Shown here: positions 7,806-17,469 of the stretch, in pieces
How the letters are laid out: every line of letters starts with the position of its first letter
Numbering within the stretch: the stretch's first letter is position 1
Assembly: GCA_027021705.1 (NCBI GenBank)
Contig: JALUTT010000080.1
Coordinates: forward strand, 1-40,489
Source of the DNA: Anaerolineae bacterium
Lineage (GTDB): Bacteria; Chloroflexota; Anaerolineae; S140-20
Direction: 5' to 3'
Length of the DNA stretch: 40,489 nucleotides
Position numbers and translations under genes: made by a program
The notes under the pieces: model-generated
What the model was told of the DNA's origin: nothing
Database searches by the model: none
What the model saw: the letters and a program-made list of their open reading frames with translations, nothing else

Positions 7806-8122
7806 ACGGCAGTGCTGAACCACAAAGGGCACCAAGGACACAAAGACCACCAAGGGTGACGAAGAGAAAGCAGCCCTTGGAGCCCTTCGTGCCCGTCGTG
7901 TGCTTGGTGGTCAGACCCGGCACCGCCCGTCCACGGCAGTGCTGAACCACGAAGGGCACCAAGGACACAAAGATCACCAAGGGTGACGAGGAGAGAGCAA
8001 TCCTTTGAGCCCTTTGTGCTCGTCGTGCGCTTGGTGGTCAGACCCGGCACCGCCCGTCCACGGCAGTGCTGAACCACGAAGGGCACCAAGGACACAAAGC
8101 CCACCAAGGGCGACGGAGAGAA
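7806..8122. repeat. 127-bp tandem repeat, about 2.5 copies, each an imperfect hairpin
   Basis: acggcagtgctgaaccacRaagggcaccaaggacacaaag starts at 7806, 7933 and 8060. The second half of each unit (cttYgtg...cttggtggt) is complementary to the first half. Confidence 0.9.
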
Positions 8123-8148
8123 AACCGCGTCGAACCCCCGGCAGGTGC

Positions 8149-9282
8149 TCACGGGCGCAGGACGAGGGGCAGGTATCCGCGCCTGATCGCCGTTCGCGGC
8201 TGAGCGCGTAACGCCTCCACAAGACGGTCCACGTACTCCCGCCGCCGGGCCGGTTCGTCGTAGCTCCAGGCGGTGACGAAGTGGACGATGGCCCCGTCGA
8301 GGGTCGTCTCCGTGCCGCTCACGGTCAGGGATGCCGTCAGGGGCAGCGGCACGTAGACCCCCTCACGGGCCAAGCTGCGGGCCGACAGCTCTGCGTAGAT
8401 CGCCCGCGCAGCCTCAATCGTCCGCTGGGTATCGGTGTAGACGCTCCCGAACTCGCGCCCGTGGGCGTCGTCGTTCTGCGGGTTGGCGGGGTTGTAATCG
8501 CAGGCGTAGACACTGGTATCGCCCAGCGCCGGCACGGTGTGCGTGCCCCAGGGGGCGGGCGGTGTCTGAGCCGCCAGCGCGTCCATACAGTCGGCGTGAG
8601 AGTAAGCGTCGCCCAGGCTGTGCAGGTAGGTGGCGAAAGCCTCCAGGGAGCCGGCCGGCACGGGCATGCTGATCGTCACCGTGCGGGTGATGATGCAGCC
8701 GTTGTTCTGGACCGCCTGCATCAGGGTGAAATCGGTGAGCCGGCCCCAGGCGTAGGCTTCGTACCCCTCCAGCGTCTCGCTGTTCCCCCAGGCCCAATCG
8801 CGCAGGGCGCTCAGGTCGGAGCCCCCTAGGTGGGGAAAGTGGAAAAAGGGTGAGTACGGCCCGAAGCGGGAGGTGACGGCCGACGTATCCGGGTCGAAGC
8901 CGGCCGTGGGCCAGACCTGCCGGGCGCGGTTCTTGCCGGGGCAAGCCAGCAACGGGTTGGGCGGCGCGTAGAACCCCGCGTTGCCGTAGGTATACGAGAC
9001 CGGCGTGCTCGGCAGCACCTCCGAATCCACCAACTGGTCCCAGATCCGCAGCGTGTGGCTGTCTGTGATGGTGAACCCGGCGGCGATTGCCAGAGCCAGG
9101 GTGAGGTCATCGTGCACGGTACTGATCCGACCCTCGGGAAAATCCCCCGTCGGCGGGTAATACGTGCCGTCCCGGTCCCGGAACCCCAGCTCCTCCTCGG
9201 CGAATCCCCAAACCGACACCGCGCCCACCGCCAGGCACAGGCCCAGCGCCACCACCGCGTACAAGAGCCATCGCTGTTTCAT
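8149..9282 (-). CDS. Secreted protein, putative Zn-dependent phospholipase C/P1-nuclease-like fold, with C-terminal YLPLVLR motif
   Basis: Signal peptide MKQRWLLYAVVALGLCLAVGAVSVWG. His/Asp motifs VHDDLT, FFHFPH and YLHSLGDAYSH. Ends GYLPLVLRP. Confidence 0.65.
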   Translation of the reverse strand: MKQRWLLYAVVALGLCLAVGAVSVWGFAEEELGFRDRDGTYYPPTGDFPEGRISTVHDDLTLALAIAAGFTITDSHTLRIWDQLVDSEVLPSTPVSYTYGNAGFYAPPNPLLACPGKNRARQVWPTAGFDPDTSAVTSRFGPYSPFFHFPHLGGSDLSALRDWAWGNSETLEGYEAYAWGRLTDFTLMQAVQNNGCIITRTVTISMPVPAGSLEAFATYLHSLGDAYSHADCMDALAAQTPPAPWGTHTVPALGDTSVYACDYNPANPQNDDAHGREFGSVYTDTQRTIEAARAIYAELSARSLAREGVYVPLPLTASLTVSGTETTLDGAIVHFVTAWSYDEPARRREYVDRLVEALRAQPRTAIRRGYLPLVLRP

Positions 9283-9355
9283 CCTGATCCCCTTTCCGCC
9301 TGTCCGACCCCCTCCCGACCGGGCCGGGTAGCGATTCGTGCATTCGCTCATCCGT

Positions 9356-9649
9356 TCATCCGTTCAGCAGGACGACCGCCCCGGCCGCCTCCAGCCCCAG
9401 GGGGAGGGAGAGCAGGGCGATCACCTGGTGGACCAGGGGGGGATAGGAGGTCACGCTGAAGCCGGTGTACCAGCGGGGCTCCCAAAGCGACCACCAGCCC
9501 CGGCGGTAGTGGTCGGCGAAGAAGAGGTGGACGTAGGCGTCGAAGCTGCGGCGGTAGCGGGCGGCGGCGACCAGGGGCCAATGGAAGGCGAGGGCCAGGG
9601 CCACCGCCTGACGCAGCCGGCGGTCTGGTGAGGAAAGCGGCCTCCCCAT
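9356..9649 (-). pseudogene. Truncated N-terminal fragment of a membrane GT-C-like glycosyltransferase (6-pyruvoyl-tetrahydropterin-synthase-related membrane family)
   Basis: SFDAYVHLFFADHY...WEPRWYTGFSVTSYPPLVHQ resembles the first loop of these normally 500+ aa proteins. The ORF stops after ~97 aa at a short catccgtt repeat. Confidence 0.5.
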
Positions 9650-9723
9650 AGCGTGTCGTTCGCCGACCCGCCCCACGGCAGGCGGGTGCGGAAAACCCGC
9701 CCTACGATGGAACACGAAATGAC

Positions 9724-9818
9724 CCCTCCCGCAGGTTAGGCGCGTTTCCGACGCGAAACCGTGCTTCCAATAGCCCATCGGGGCTGAAAGCGCCTTCGAC
9801 CGGTGACCTGCGGGAGGG
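9724..9818. repeat. Stem-loop/MITE-like element with a 13-bp terminal inverted repeat
   Basis: ccctcccgcaggt (9724-9736) pairs with acctgcgggaggg (9806-9818). Internal hairpins cgcgt-ttccg-acgcg and agccc-atc-gggct. Confidence 0.55.
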
Positions 9819-9854
9819 TAGGCTGAATAGATACGTCCTCAGAAACGCCTGCCC

Positions 9855-10796
9855 TCACGCCGTCAGGGGGAGGGGCACGGACTCCAGCACCTCCCGGACC
9901 ACCTGGCCGGCCGTCCGGCCTCGCAGGCTGCTCTCCGGCTTCAGGAGCAGGCGGTGGGTCAGGGTCAGCGGGGCCATCCGCTTCACATCGTCGGGCAGCA
10001 CGTAGTCCCGGCCCCGCAGGGCGGCCAGCGCCTGAGCGGTCTTGAAGAGGGCCAGGCTGCCCCGGGGGCTGGCCCCCAGCGCCAGGTCGGGGTGCTCCCG
10101 GGTCGCCTGGACCAGCCGGACCACGTATGCCTCCACCGTCTCGTCCACGTGGACCTCCCACACCCGGCGGGCCAGGTCGGGCAGCCTCTCCCCCTCGACC
10201 ACCTGGCCCAGGGATTCGATGGGGTGCTCCCGCTGGAGGCGGCGGAGGATGCGCCGCTCCTCGTCGGCGTCCGGGTAGCCCAGGGAGAGCCGGAGGAGGA
10301 AGCGGTCCAACTGGGCCTCGGGGAGGGGGAAGGTCCCCTCGTACTCGATGGGGTTTTGGGTGGCCAGAACGATGAAGGGGCGGGGGAGGGGGTAGGTCAC
10401 GCCGTCCACCGTCACCTGCCGCTCGCCCATCGCCTCCAGGAGGGCGGACTGGGTGCGGGGGGTGGCCCGGTTGATCTCGTCGGCCAGGAGGACGTGGACG
10501 AAGGCGGGGCCGGGGCGGAACTCGAACTCCCGCGTCTTCTGGTTGAAGACGCTGACACCGGTGATGTCGTTGGGGAGCAGGTCGGGGGTGCACTGGAGCC
10601 GCTTGAAGGAGAGGCCGAGGGAGGCGGCGATGGCGCGGGCGAGCATCGTCTTGCCCACGCCGGGCACGTCCTCGATGAGGACGTGGCCCTCGCACAGGAG
10701 CGCCACGAGCACCATCTCGATGGCCTCCCGCTTCCCCACGATCACCTTCTCCACGTTGGCGATGACCCGTTGGGCGAAGGACTGTACGGGGTTCAC
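9855..10796 (-). CDS. moxR: MoxR-family AAA+ ATPase
   Basis: [13 protein letters not shown]alker [22 protein letters not shown] and [22 protein letters not shown]. Confidence 0.95.
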   Translation of the reverse strand: MNPVQSFAQRVIANVEKVIVGKREAIEMVLVALLCEGHVLIEDVPGVGKTMLARAIAASLGLSFKRLQCTPDLLPNDITGVSVFNQKTREFEFRPGPAFVHVLLADEINRATPRTQSALLEAMGERQVTVDGVTYPLPRPFIVLATQNPIEYEGTFPLPEAQLDRFLLRLSLGYPDADEERRILRRLQREHPIESLGQVVEGERLPDLARRVWEVHVDETVEAYVVRLVQATREHPDLALGASPRGSLALFKTAQALAALRGRDYVLPDDVKRMAPLTLTHRLLLKPESSLRGRTAGQVVREVLESVPLPLTA

Positions 10797-11239
10797 GTCC
10801 CCTCCCGTTCCAGCAGGATGGTCACCGGGCCGTCGTTGTGGATTTCGACCAGCATGTGGGCACCGAAGCGGCCCGTCTGAACGGGAACGCCGGCCTGGCG
10901 CAGCAGCTCGGCGAAGCGGTCCACCAGCGGGGCCGCGATCTCCGGCGGGGCGGCCCGGGTGAAGCTGGGCCGTCGCCCCTTGCGGGCGTCCCCGTAGAGG
11001 GTGAACTGGGAGACGACCAGGGCCTCCCCTCCCACGTCCAGGAGGGAGGCGTTCATCTTGCCCGCCTCGTCCTCGAAGATGCGCAGGCCGGCGATCTTGC
11101 GGGCCAGCCAGGCCGCCTCGGCCTCGCCGTCGTTGTGGGTCACGCCTAGCAGGACGACGACCCCCCGTCCGATGGCTCCGACGACCTGACCGTCCACCGT
11201 CACCGAAGCCCGGCTTACCCGTTGGACGACCGCACGCAT
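10793..11239 (-). CDS. dtd: D-aminoacyl-tRNA deacylase
   Basis: [31 protein letters not shown] and NDGPVT signature motifs. Confidence 0.97.
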   Translation of the reverse strand: MRAVVQRVSRASVTVDGQVVGAIGRGVVVLLGVTHNDGEAEAAWLARKIAGLRIFEDEAGKMNASLLDVGGEALVVSQFTLYGDARKGRRPSFTRAAPPEIAAPLVDRFAELLRQAGVPVQTGRFGAHMLVEIHNDGPVTILLEREGT

Positions 11240-11387
11240 AGGACCTCCAAGTGTGTTGCGTTAGAGCTTATCAACTCTTGATCCTTCGTGTCTTCGATCT
11301 GCATTCCCACCTCCTCTCCACCGCTGCAACGCTCCCCACAAAGCCTCTAACGCCAACTTCGTAGGCCCTAGTGTGTTGGGTTGGGTT

Positions 11388-12524
11388 TCAGGCATTGCCC
11401 AATACGGCGCTTACCTGGAGGATCTCATCTTCGGTGTTGTAGCCGTGGGGGGAGACGCGCAGGTAGCCCTCTCGCAGCGAGAGGACCACACCGGCCGTCC
11501 GCAACCGTTCCCAGGCTGCCTTAGGGTCCCCCGCTGGCTTAAAGGTGACGATAGCAGACCGCCGCCGAGGCTCCCGGTTGCTCAGAATTCGGTATCCCCG
11601 ACGTTCCAGGTCCTCGATCAGCATCTCCGTCAGATGGTGGGTCCAGGCTTCGATGGCCTCGACGCCCGTTTCCAGGAGAAAGCGGACCGCTGTCAGCAGC
11701 CCGACGATCCCTGCGTAGTTGTAGGTGCCCAGCTCCAGCCGTTGGGCGTGGGGCAGGAAGGTCAGGTCGTAGTTCAGCCAACTGTTCCGCTCACCCCCCA
11801 CGCTGACGGGGCCGGCGAAGGGAGGCGGCAAGCGCTCCAGGAGTTCCCGGCGGACGTAGAGGAAGCCCTGCCCCGCTGGCCCCAGCAGCCACTTCACCCC
11901 GCCGCAGGCCAGGAAGTCCACCGGCGTGGCCTGCACGTCCAGGGGGATCACGCCCAGCGACTGAATGGCGTCCACGACAAAGTAAACGCCGTGCTCCCGA
12001 CACCAGGTCCCGATGGCCTCCAGGTCGGTGCGGAAGCCGGTGAGGAATTGGACGCTGCTGGTGGTCACCGCCCGGGTGCGGGCGTCGGCATACTGCTCCA
12101 GCAGGTCCACCGTCAGCCCGCCGCCCTCGTTGGGCACGATCCGCGCCTCAACGCCTCGCCGGCCCAGGTTCTTCCAAGGAAAAACGTTGGACGGGAACTC
12201 GACATCGCACAGGATCACGTTGTCCCCCGGTTCCAGGGGCAGCATATGGGCAACCAGGTTGAGCCCTTCGGTGGTGTTCTGGACCAGGGCGATCTCCTCA
12301 GGGGAGGCGTGGATCAGGCGGGCGAGGGCAGCCCGCAGGTCGGCGATCACATCCTTATACATCTCCCAGGCTGCCGGCGTCTGGCGAGCCTCCAGGTAGG
12401 CGGTCATCGCTTCCCGGACGGGTCGGGAGAGCGTTCCTGTGGCCGCATGGTCCAGGTAGGCCACCTGCTCAGCCACGGGGAAGAGGGCACGCACGGCGTT
12501 CAAGTTGTAGCTGGGTGAGGCCAT
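11388..12524 (-). CDS. Class V PLP-dependent aminotransferase (cysteine desulfurase/selenocysteine lyase-like)
   Basis: YLDHAATG, VVDAIQSLG, GGVKWLLGPAG (PLP lysine) and LRVSPHGYN. Start set at MASPSY with a GGAGG RBS. Confidence 0.9.
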   Translation of the reverse strand: MASPSYNLNAVRALFPVAEQVAYLDHAATGTLSRPVREAMTAYLEARQTPAAWEMYKDVIADLRAALARLIHASPEEIALVQNTTEGLNLVAHMLPLEPGDNVILCDVEFPSNVFPWKNLGRRGVEARIVPNEGGGLTVDLLEQYADARTRAVTTSSVQFLTGFRTDLEAIGTWCREHGVYFVVDAIQSLGVIPLDVQATPVDFLACGGVKWLLGPAGQGFLYVRRELLERLPPPFAGPVSVGGERNSWLNYDLTFLPHAQRLELGTYNYAGIVGLLTAVRFLLETGVEAIEAWTHHLTEMLIEDLERRGYRILSNREPRRRSAIVTFKPAGDPKAAWERLRTAGVVLSLREGYLRVSPHGYNTEDEILQVSAVLGNA

Positions 12525-12561
12525 ACTTCCTCCAGGGAATTTGGGAAGATGCAGGGATCGG

Positions 12562-12570
12562 TGGTATAAT
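12562..12570 (+). promoter_or_regulatory. Extended -10 promoter element (TGGTATAAT)
   Basis: Exact TGnTATAAT about 68 bp upstream of the DUF554 start. Confidence 0.6.
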
Positions 12571-12637
12571 GATGCGGTTTCCCGGGCACCCCGGGCCTGG
12601 TCTTTGTTATGGATCCACGTCAGAAGAGAGGAGAGAG

Positions 12638-13390
12638 ATGCGCGGCGCTGGTACACTTCTGAACATCATCACCGTCTTGATCGGAGGAACCCTGGGGCTC
12701 CTGTTGGGGGGGCGGCTGCCCGAGCGGATGCGGAACACCGTGACCGACGGCCTGGGGCTGGTGACGCTGACGGTGGGCATCGCGATGACGGGAGAGACCC
12801 AGAACATCCTCATCGTGATGGGCAGCATCTTGCTCGGTGGCATCCTGGGCGAATGGTGGGGCATCGAAGACCGGCTGGAGCGGGTAGGGGGATGGCTGGA
12901 AGCCCGCTTCGGGGGCAGGGCCCCGGATACGGCGGGAGCCTCGGAGCGACGGGCGACGTTCATCCAGGGGTTCGTCACCGCCAGCCTGGTCTTCTGCGTA
13001 GGACCGATGACCTTTCTGGGCTCCCTGCAAGATGGGCTCCACGGCGACATCCGGTTGTTGGCGATCAAGTCCCTCCTCGACGGTTTCGCCGCGCTGGCCT
13101 TCTCGGCCTCGCTGGGGATTGGCGTCCTCTTCTCCACGGTGACGATCCTACTCTACCAGGGCGGGCTGACGGCACTTGCCGGTCTGGCCGAGCGAGTTCT
13201 GACGGAACCGATGATCGCCGAGATGACGGCAGCCGGCGGGGTGATGATCATCGGCATCGGCCTGATCCTGCTGGACCTGAAGCGGATCCGGGTGGCCAAC
13301 TTCACCCCCGCCCTCTTCATCGCTCCCCTCATCGTGGCGGTGTTGGACTGGTTCTCCCGGGTTGCCCCCTTCCGGCGGCTCGGCTTTTAA
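12638..13390 (+). CDS. DUF554-family membrane protein (YdfK/YqgA-like)
   Basis: [37 protein letters not shown] and [10 protein letters not shown]; hydrophobic throughout. Confidence 0.9.
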   Translation: MRGAGTLLNIITVLIGGTLGLLLGGRLPERMRNTVTDGLGLVTLTVGIAMTGETQNILIVMGSILLGGILGEWWGIEDRLERVGGWLEARFGGRAPDTAGASERRATFIQGFVTASLVFCVGPMTFLGSLQDGLHGDIRLLAIKSLLDGFAALAFSASLGIGVLFSTVTILLYQGGLTALAGLAERVLTEPMIAEMTAAGGVMIIGIGLILLDLKRIRVANFTPALFIAPLIVAVLDWFSRVAPFRRLGF

Positions 13391-14577
13391 GCAGACTTTC
13401 GGCCGGCGGAGGGTGAGATCCGCTCTCTGGGCGCCACGCGCTCCCCTCGGCCGGTCAGCAGCCCGATGCCGTGTTGTTTGGCTGCCTCTATGGCGCTCTC
13501 ATCCACCCGGATGCCGTAGATGTAAACCAAGTATGGGCCGGGCACACCATGGGTGGCCAAGCGCATCTGCCATCCTTCCGATTTCATCTGCTGGGCCCAG
13601 TCCTGCACCTGTCGGCGGCTCAGCCGAGCTTTCGCCTCTACCAAAGCCCACACCCGATTGCCCTGCGGGTCTTCCAGGAGCATCACGACATCTACCTCGC
13701 CGTCTAGCGCCAGCGAATAGGGCTCCTGGAGCATACGGTAGCCTTTATCCTCCAGCACGATCTGGAGGACGGCCCCGGCTTCTTCCTCGATGGTCGCCCC
13801 GAAGGCGGTCTGAAGTTCACCAAAAGCCGAGGAAAGGTTCCGGTACGTGCGGGCAAGACTGTTCAGCCCGGTCTCGGTGCGCTGTTGGGCAGCGGCCAGT
13901 TCCTCCAGTCGCTCCTCGGTGCGCTGCTGGGCGGCGGCCAGTTCCTCCAGTCGCTCCTCGGTGCGCTGTTGGGCGGCGGCCAGTTCCTCCAGTCGCTCCT
14001 CGGTGCGCTGTTGGGCAGCGGCCAGTTCCTCCAGTCGCTCCTCGGTGCGCTGCTGGGCGGCGGCCAGTTCCTCCAGTCGCTCCTCGGTGCGCTGCTGGGC
14101 GGCGGCCAGTTTCTCCAGTCGCTCCTCGGTGCGCTGCTGGGCGGCGGCCAGGGCCTCGACGGCGGCCTCCAGACGGCTCAGCCGCTCCTCGGTACGCTGT
14201 TGGGCGGCGGCCAGTTCCTCCAGTCGCTCCTCGGTGCGCTGCTGGGCGGTGGCCAGGGCCTCGACGGCGGCCTCCAGACGGCTCAGCCGCTCCTCGGTGC
14301 GCTGTTGGGCGGCGGCCAGTTCTTCCATTCGCTTGTCGGCCCGCGCTTGGGCGGCGGCCAGTTCGGCGAAGCGCTCGTCGGTGCGCCGTTGGGCAGCGAG
14401 CATCTCCTTGATCTGCTCATCAGTGCGCTGCTGACTCTCCGCCAGCTGGCGCAGGAGTTCCGGGAGTGCTACGAAGTCCTCGCCCAATACCTGACGGCGG
14501 AGTTGGGCCTGCCACTCCGGGTGCTCTTCCAGAAGACGGATCAGGTCTGCCAGGTCCATCGTCGTTAGGGGCATCAC
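13387..14577 (-). CDS. Coiled-coil repeat protein with a C-terminal PD-(D/E)XK-like domain
   Basis: N-terminal [12 protein letters not shown], tandem [14 protein letters not shown] units, and C-terminal GEVDVV...LVEAKARL. Confidence 0.8.
   Translation of the reverse strand: MMPLTTMDLADLIRLLEEHPEWQAQLRRQVLGEDFVALPELLRQLAESQQRTDEQIKEMLAAQRRTDERFAELAAAQARADKRMEELAAAQQRTEERLSRLEAAVEALATAQQRTEERLEELAAAQQRTEERLSRLEAAVEALAAAQQRTEERLEKLAAAQQRTEERLEELAAAQQRTEERLEELAAAQQRTEERLEELAAAQQRTEERLEELAAAQQRTEERLEELAAAQQRTETGLNSLARTYRNLSSAFGELQTAFGATIEEEAGAVLQIVLEDKGYRMLQEPYSLALDGEVDVVMLLEDPQGNRVWALVEAKARLSRRQVQDWAQQMKSEGWQMRLATHGVPGPYLVYIYGIRVDESAIEAAKQHGIGLLTGRGERVAPRERISPSAGRKSA
13875..14430 (-). repeat. 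Intragenic 42-bp (14-aa) coiled-coil tandem repeats
   Basis: Repeated ctcggtgcgctgYtgggcRgcggccagttcctccagtcgctc units, interrupted twice by an extra-heptad variant ([12 protein letters not shown]). Confidence 0.9.
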
Positions 14578-14618
14578 ATTCCTCCCACGTCATTCCAGGG
14601 GAGTCAACCGAGACTGGC

Positions 14619-16736
14619 CTATGGGGCCAAGAGCGCGACGCTCTCCAGCATGCGCGCCAGAACCTCGCTATCGGCCTCGTAGTCGTCCGAGCGCATCTCC
14701 AGGATGACCAGGTAGAGGTTCCCGACACTGTCAGCAGCGGCGACGGTCGTGCCGGCCATCGCCTCCTCGCCGTCGAGGTACTGGTAGGTGATGACCTGAC
14801 CGGGCAATCCTGCCAAGCTGTACGGTCCCGGCTCCCCCAGGCTCACGCTCCCATATTGCTCCTGGAGGCTCTCCCGTCGGGCCTCGATAGCCTGGGCGAC
14901 CGCTTCTTCAGCTCCCAGGGCCGGATCGAAGGAAAAGCGGGTCAGGACAAAGAGGGTCTGGGAGTCGGGCTTGAGGAAGGCCAGGAACCCTTCCTCACCG
15001 GGCTCCTCGATCACCTGCCAATCCGGTGGGTAGGCGACAGCCACGTCCAGCTCAGCGCTTTCGTAGCGGACCAGGGGCACCTCGGCGCCGGAGATGACTT
15101 CAAACTCACCACTGGTCAGCAGCCGTCCGTTGATGAAGACGTCCAGCGTGTAGCGACCAGGTGGCAGCCCCCCTGGTGTGGAGAGGCTGACCCAGGTGTT
15201 CCCCGATTCCCCCCAGGGCCAGCTTGTGTAGGTGGCAACCAGGTAGCGCTCCCCATCCAGGCTCCAGCGAGTCAGCCAAGGGCTGTCGGGCGGCACGTCC
15301 TGATAATCGAAGAAGGCGAAGACCTCCTGCGTGCCTGGCGGGAACTGGGTGGCCGGGTTGATCGGCCGGTCGTCGTCGGTGACGCCGGCAGCGAAGGTGA
15401 TAGGGCCGAGCACGGCCGGCGTCTCCTGGAAGACCGGTGAGCCGAAGAGGGTCAACGAGGCCTCTACTTCTTTGAGATTGGTGATCATCGCCCTGGCCCC
15501 CGCCACTTCGCCCTCCCGGGCCAGCAGCCCCTCCAGGTCCACGATGGACACGTCCAGGAGCGCATCCCGGTCGGAGGGGTCCTTCTGCAGGGCACAAGCG
15601 ATGGCCTCCTCGTAGGCTGGCCAGGCTTCATCCATCTGGTCCAGGGCCAGTAGGATCAGCCCCTCGTTAAAGCGGCTTTCGCAGGGGAGCGGGTCGAGCT
15701 GGATGGCCCGACGGGTGGCCTCCAGCGCCTCCTCGTAGCGGCCCTGTAGGTAGTAGGCCCATCCCAAGTTGCCGTAGGCGAAACCATCATCCTGCCCCAG
15801 GGCGATAGCCCGCTCGAAGTCGGCGATGGCCTCGGGCGCCTCGATGCGGACCAACCCCCGCTGATAGTAGGCCGCCGCGTAGTCCGGGTCCAGGGCGATG
15901 GCCCGATCGAAGTGAGCGATCGCCTCGGCATAGTGGCGGGCGGCCTCGTCACCGCTGAAGCTGTCCCCGATGTTGCTCGCGATCAGCCCGTCCACATAGG
16001 CTTCCATCGCCTCGAGAGGCCGCGCAGGCACTGGGGCCAGGAAGATGTTCCCCGTCCACAGGAGGGAGAAGCCCACGATGAGCAGCCCCACCAGGACGAA
16101 GAAGTAGCGTAGCCAGTTGTGGATGGTCAAGGAGAGGCCGAAGAGGAAGAGGGCCACGGCCAATGTTGTGAGGACGGAGACGTAGTTGTCCGCCTTGCGC
16201 CCCCAGCCGTCGGCCATCTGATTGGCGGCTACCTGCTGTTCATAGCGTAGGTAGGCATCGCGGTTGACCTCTTCGTAGAAGCGGACGAAGCTGCCTTCGT
16301 AGCGAGGATCGCTCAGCAAGGGGGCCAGTTGGTCCAGACGGGCCTGTGCCTCCCTCCAACGCGCGGCCGAGGCCTCCCAACGGCTGGCCGCTTCTTCATC
16401 ACCACGCACCCGTTGCGTCCGGGCCTCGTCCTGGTCCAGGCTCGCCCGCTGGGCCAGGTCGGCGTGCAGGGTGTACAGGAAGAAGTTATGTTCAGCCTGC
16501 TGGTTGGCCCGGATCATCTCCCCGGTGGCCTCGATGGCATAGACCTGTCCCTGGCGGGCGGCCAGGTCCTCCCGATTGGAGGCATCGGACTGCAGGTAGG
16601 AGACAACGGTGCCCCACAGGGTGGTCAGGGTCATCAGCAGGATGAGAACCGCCTGAAAGCGATTCTGGGGTGGGGCTTCGACTTCAACCGGAAGTTCCAG
16701 GTCTACATCCACCGGGCTTCTCCGATGATCCCTCAA
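14619..16736 (-). CDS. Membrane protein with TPR repeats and C-terminal beta-rich domains
   Basis: Three TM segments in the N-terminal ~230 aa. TPRs (AIAHFDRAIALDPDYAAAYYQRG; AYGNLGWAYYLQGRYEEA), then LPPGRYTLDVFING and VAYPPDWQV domains. Confidence 0.8.
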   Translation of the reverse strand: MRDHRRSPVDVDLELPVEVEAPPQNRFQAVLILLMTLTTLWGTVVSYLQSDASNREDLAARQGQVYAIEATGEMIRANQQAEHNFFLYTLHADLAQRASLDQDEARTQRVRGDEEAASRWEASAARWREAQARLDQLAPLLSDPRYEGSFVRFYEEVNRDAYLRYEQQVAANQMADGWGRKADNYVSVLTTLAVALFLFGLSLTIHNWLRYFFVLVGLLIVGFSLLWTGNIFLAPVPARPLEAMEAYVDGLIASNIGDSFSGDEAARHYAEAIAHFDRAIALDPDYAAAYYQRGLVRIEAPEAIADFERAIALGQDDGFAYGNLGWAYYLQGRYEEALEATRRAIQLDPLPCESRFNEGLILLALDQMDEAWPAYEEAIACALQKDPSDRDALLDVSIVDLEGLLAREGEVAGARAMITNLKEVEASLTLFGSPVFQETPAVLGPITFAAGVTDDDRPINPATQFPPGTQEVFAFFDYQDVPPDSPWLTRWSLDGERYLVATYTSWPWGESGNTWVSLSTPGGLPPGRYTLDVFINGRLLTSGEFEVISGAEVPLVRYESAELDVAVAYPPDWQVIEEPGEEGFLAFLKPDSQTLFVLTRFSFDPALGAEEAVAQAIEARRESLQEQYGSVSLGEPGPYSLAGLPGQVITYQYLDGEEAMAGTTVAAADSVGNLYLVILEMRSDDYEADSEVLARMLESVALLAP

Positions 16737-17386
16737 CCGATGATGAGGAGGCCGCTGAGGACGACCAGGTAGAGGGTGACCCCTCCTGCCAGGAAGAGAT
16801 AGCGCAGCCCACTCCGGCTGATCTGGGCCAGCGTCAGCAAGAGCAGGGCGGAAGCGAGGAAGATGGTCCCGCCGACCAGCCGCTGTGCCTGGAGGCGCAG
16901 CGTGTCGGCCAGCGCCAGGTCATCCTGGGGCTCCAGGTCGGCTTTCCGGGCTGCCTCGGCCCAGCGCCGGGCCAGGAAGGCATCGGCGTCGTAAGTGCCT
17001 TCGGAGGTGATGTAGCCCTCGAAGAGGAAACGGCGCAGGTTGTCGGACAGCAGCCGATACCGTTCTGCCTCCCGGGCCAGCCGGTCCGCCTCGTCTTCGT
17101 CCCCTGCCTCTCGATAGGTCTGGGCGTCCTGGGCCAGACGATCCGCCAGCGCCTGGTACTCCGTGTAGAGGGCGAAGGTGCGCAGGTCGTTGTAGAGCCA
17201 GGTGCGGTTGGTGGCGTCCACCCGCTCCCGGACGATGGTACTGAGAAGACCCTCGCGCTCGGCGTCGTCAGCCTCGCTGCCGATGGTCGCGGCCCGCCAG
17301 GCCACGATGGCGCCGGTGACGGTGACCATCGCGATCAGGACGGCGATCAGCGTTTGGAAGCGCGGGCTCTTGCTTTGGGGGTCCAT
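16733..17386 (-). CDS. Three-TM membrane protein, apparent paralog of the N-terminal domain of the downstream gene
   Basis: RFQTLIAVLIAMVTVTGAIVAW parallels RFQAVLILLMTLTTLWGTVVSY, and both have LRY(L/F)F before the last TM. ATGA overlap with the next gene. Confidence 0.7.
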   Translation of the reverse strand: MDPQSKSPRFQTLIAVLIAMVTVTGAIVAWRAATIGSEADDAEREGLLSTIVRERVDATNRTWLYNDLRTFALYTEYQALADRLAQDAQTYREAGDEDEADRLAREAERYRLLSDNLRRFLFEGYITSEGTYDADAFLARRWAEAARKADLEPQDDLALADTLRLQAQRLVGGTIFLASALLLLTLAQISRSGLRYLFLAGGVTLYLVVLSGLLIIG

Positions 17387-17469
17387 AGTCCTCCGGCTCG
17401 GTCTTCTTCGGAGGGGGGAAAGGACTGAGGGGGCAGATTGGCAGGCCCCCATCTTCCCTCAACGTCCGT

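Noticed and set aside
7806..8122. Possible CRISPR array
   Set aside because: The intervening sequences are near-identical rather than unique spacers, the period is 127 bp, and there are no cas genes in the window.
7699..8222. Short ORFs across the 127-bp repeats
   Set aside because: They are translations of non-coding repeats, with no RBS or recognisable protein features.
13362..14568. Plus-strand repetitive ORFs opposite the coiled-coil gene
   Set aside because: Antisense shadows of the 42-bp repeats.
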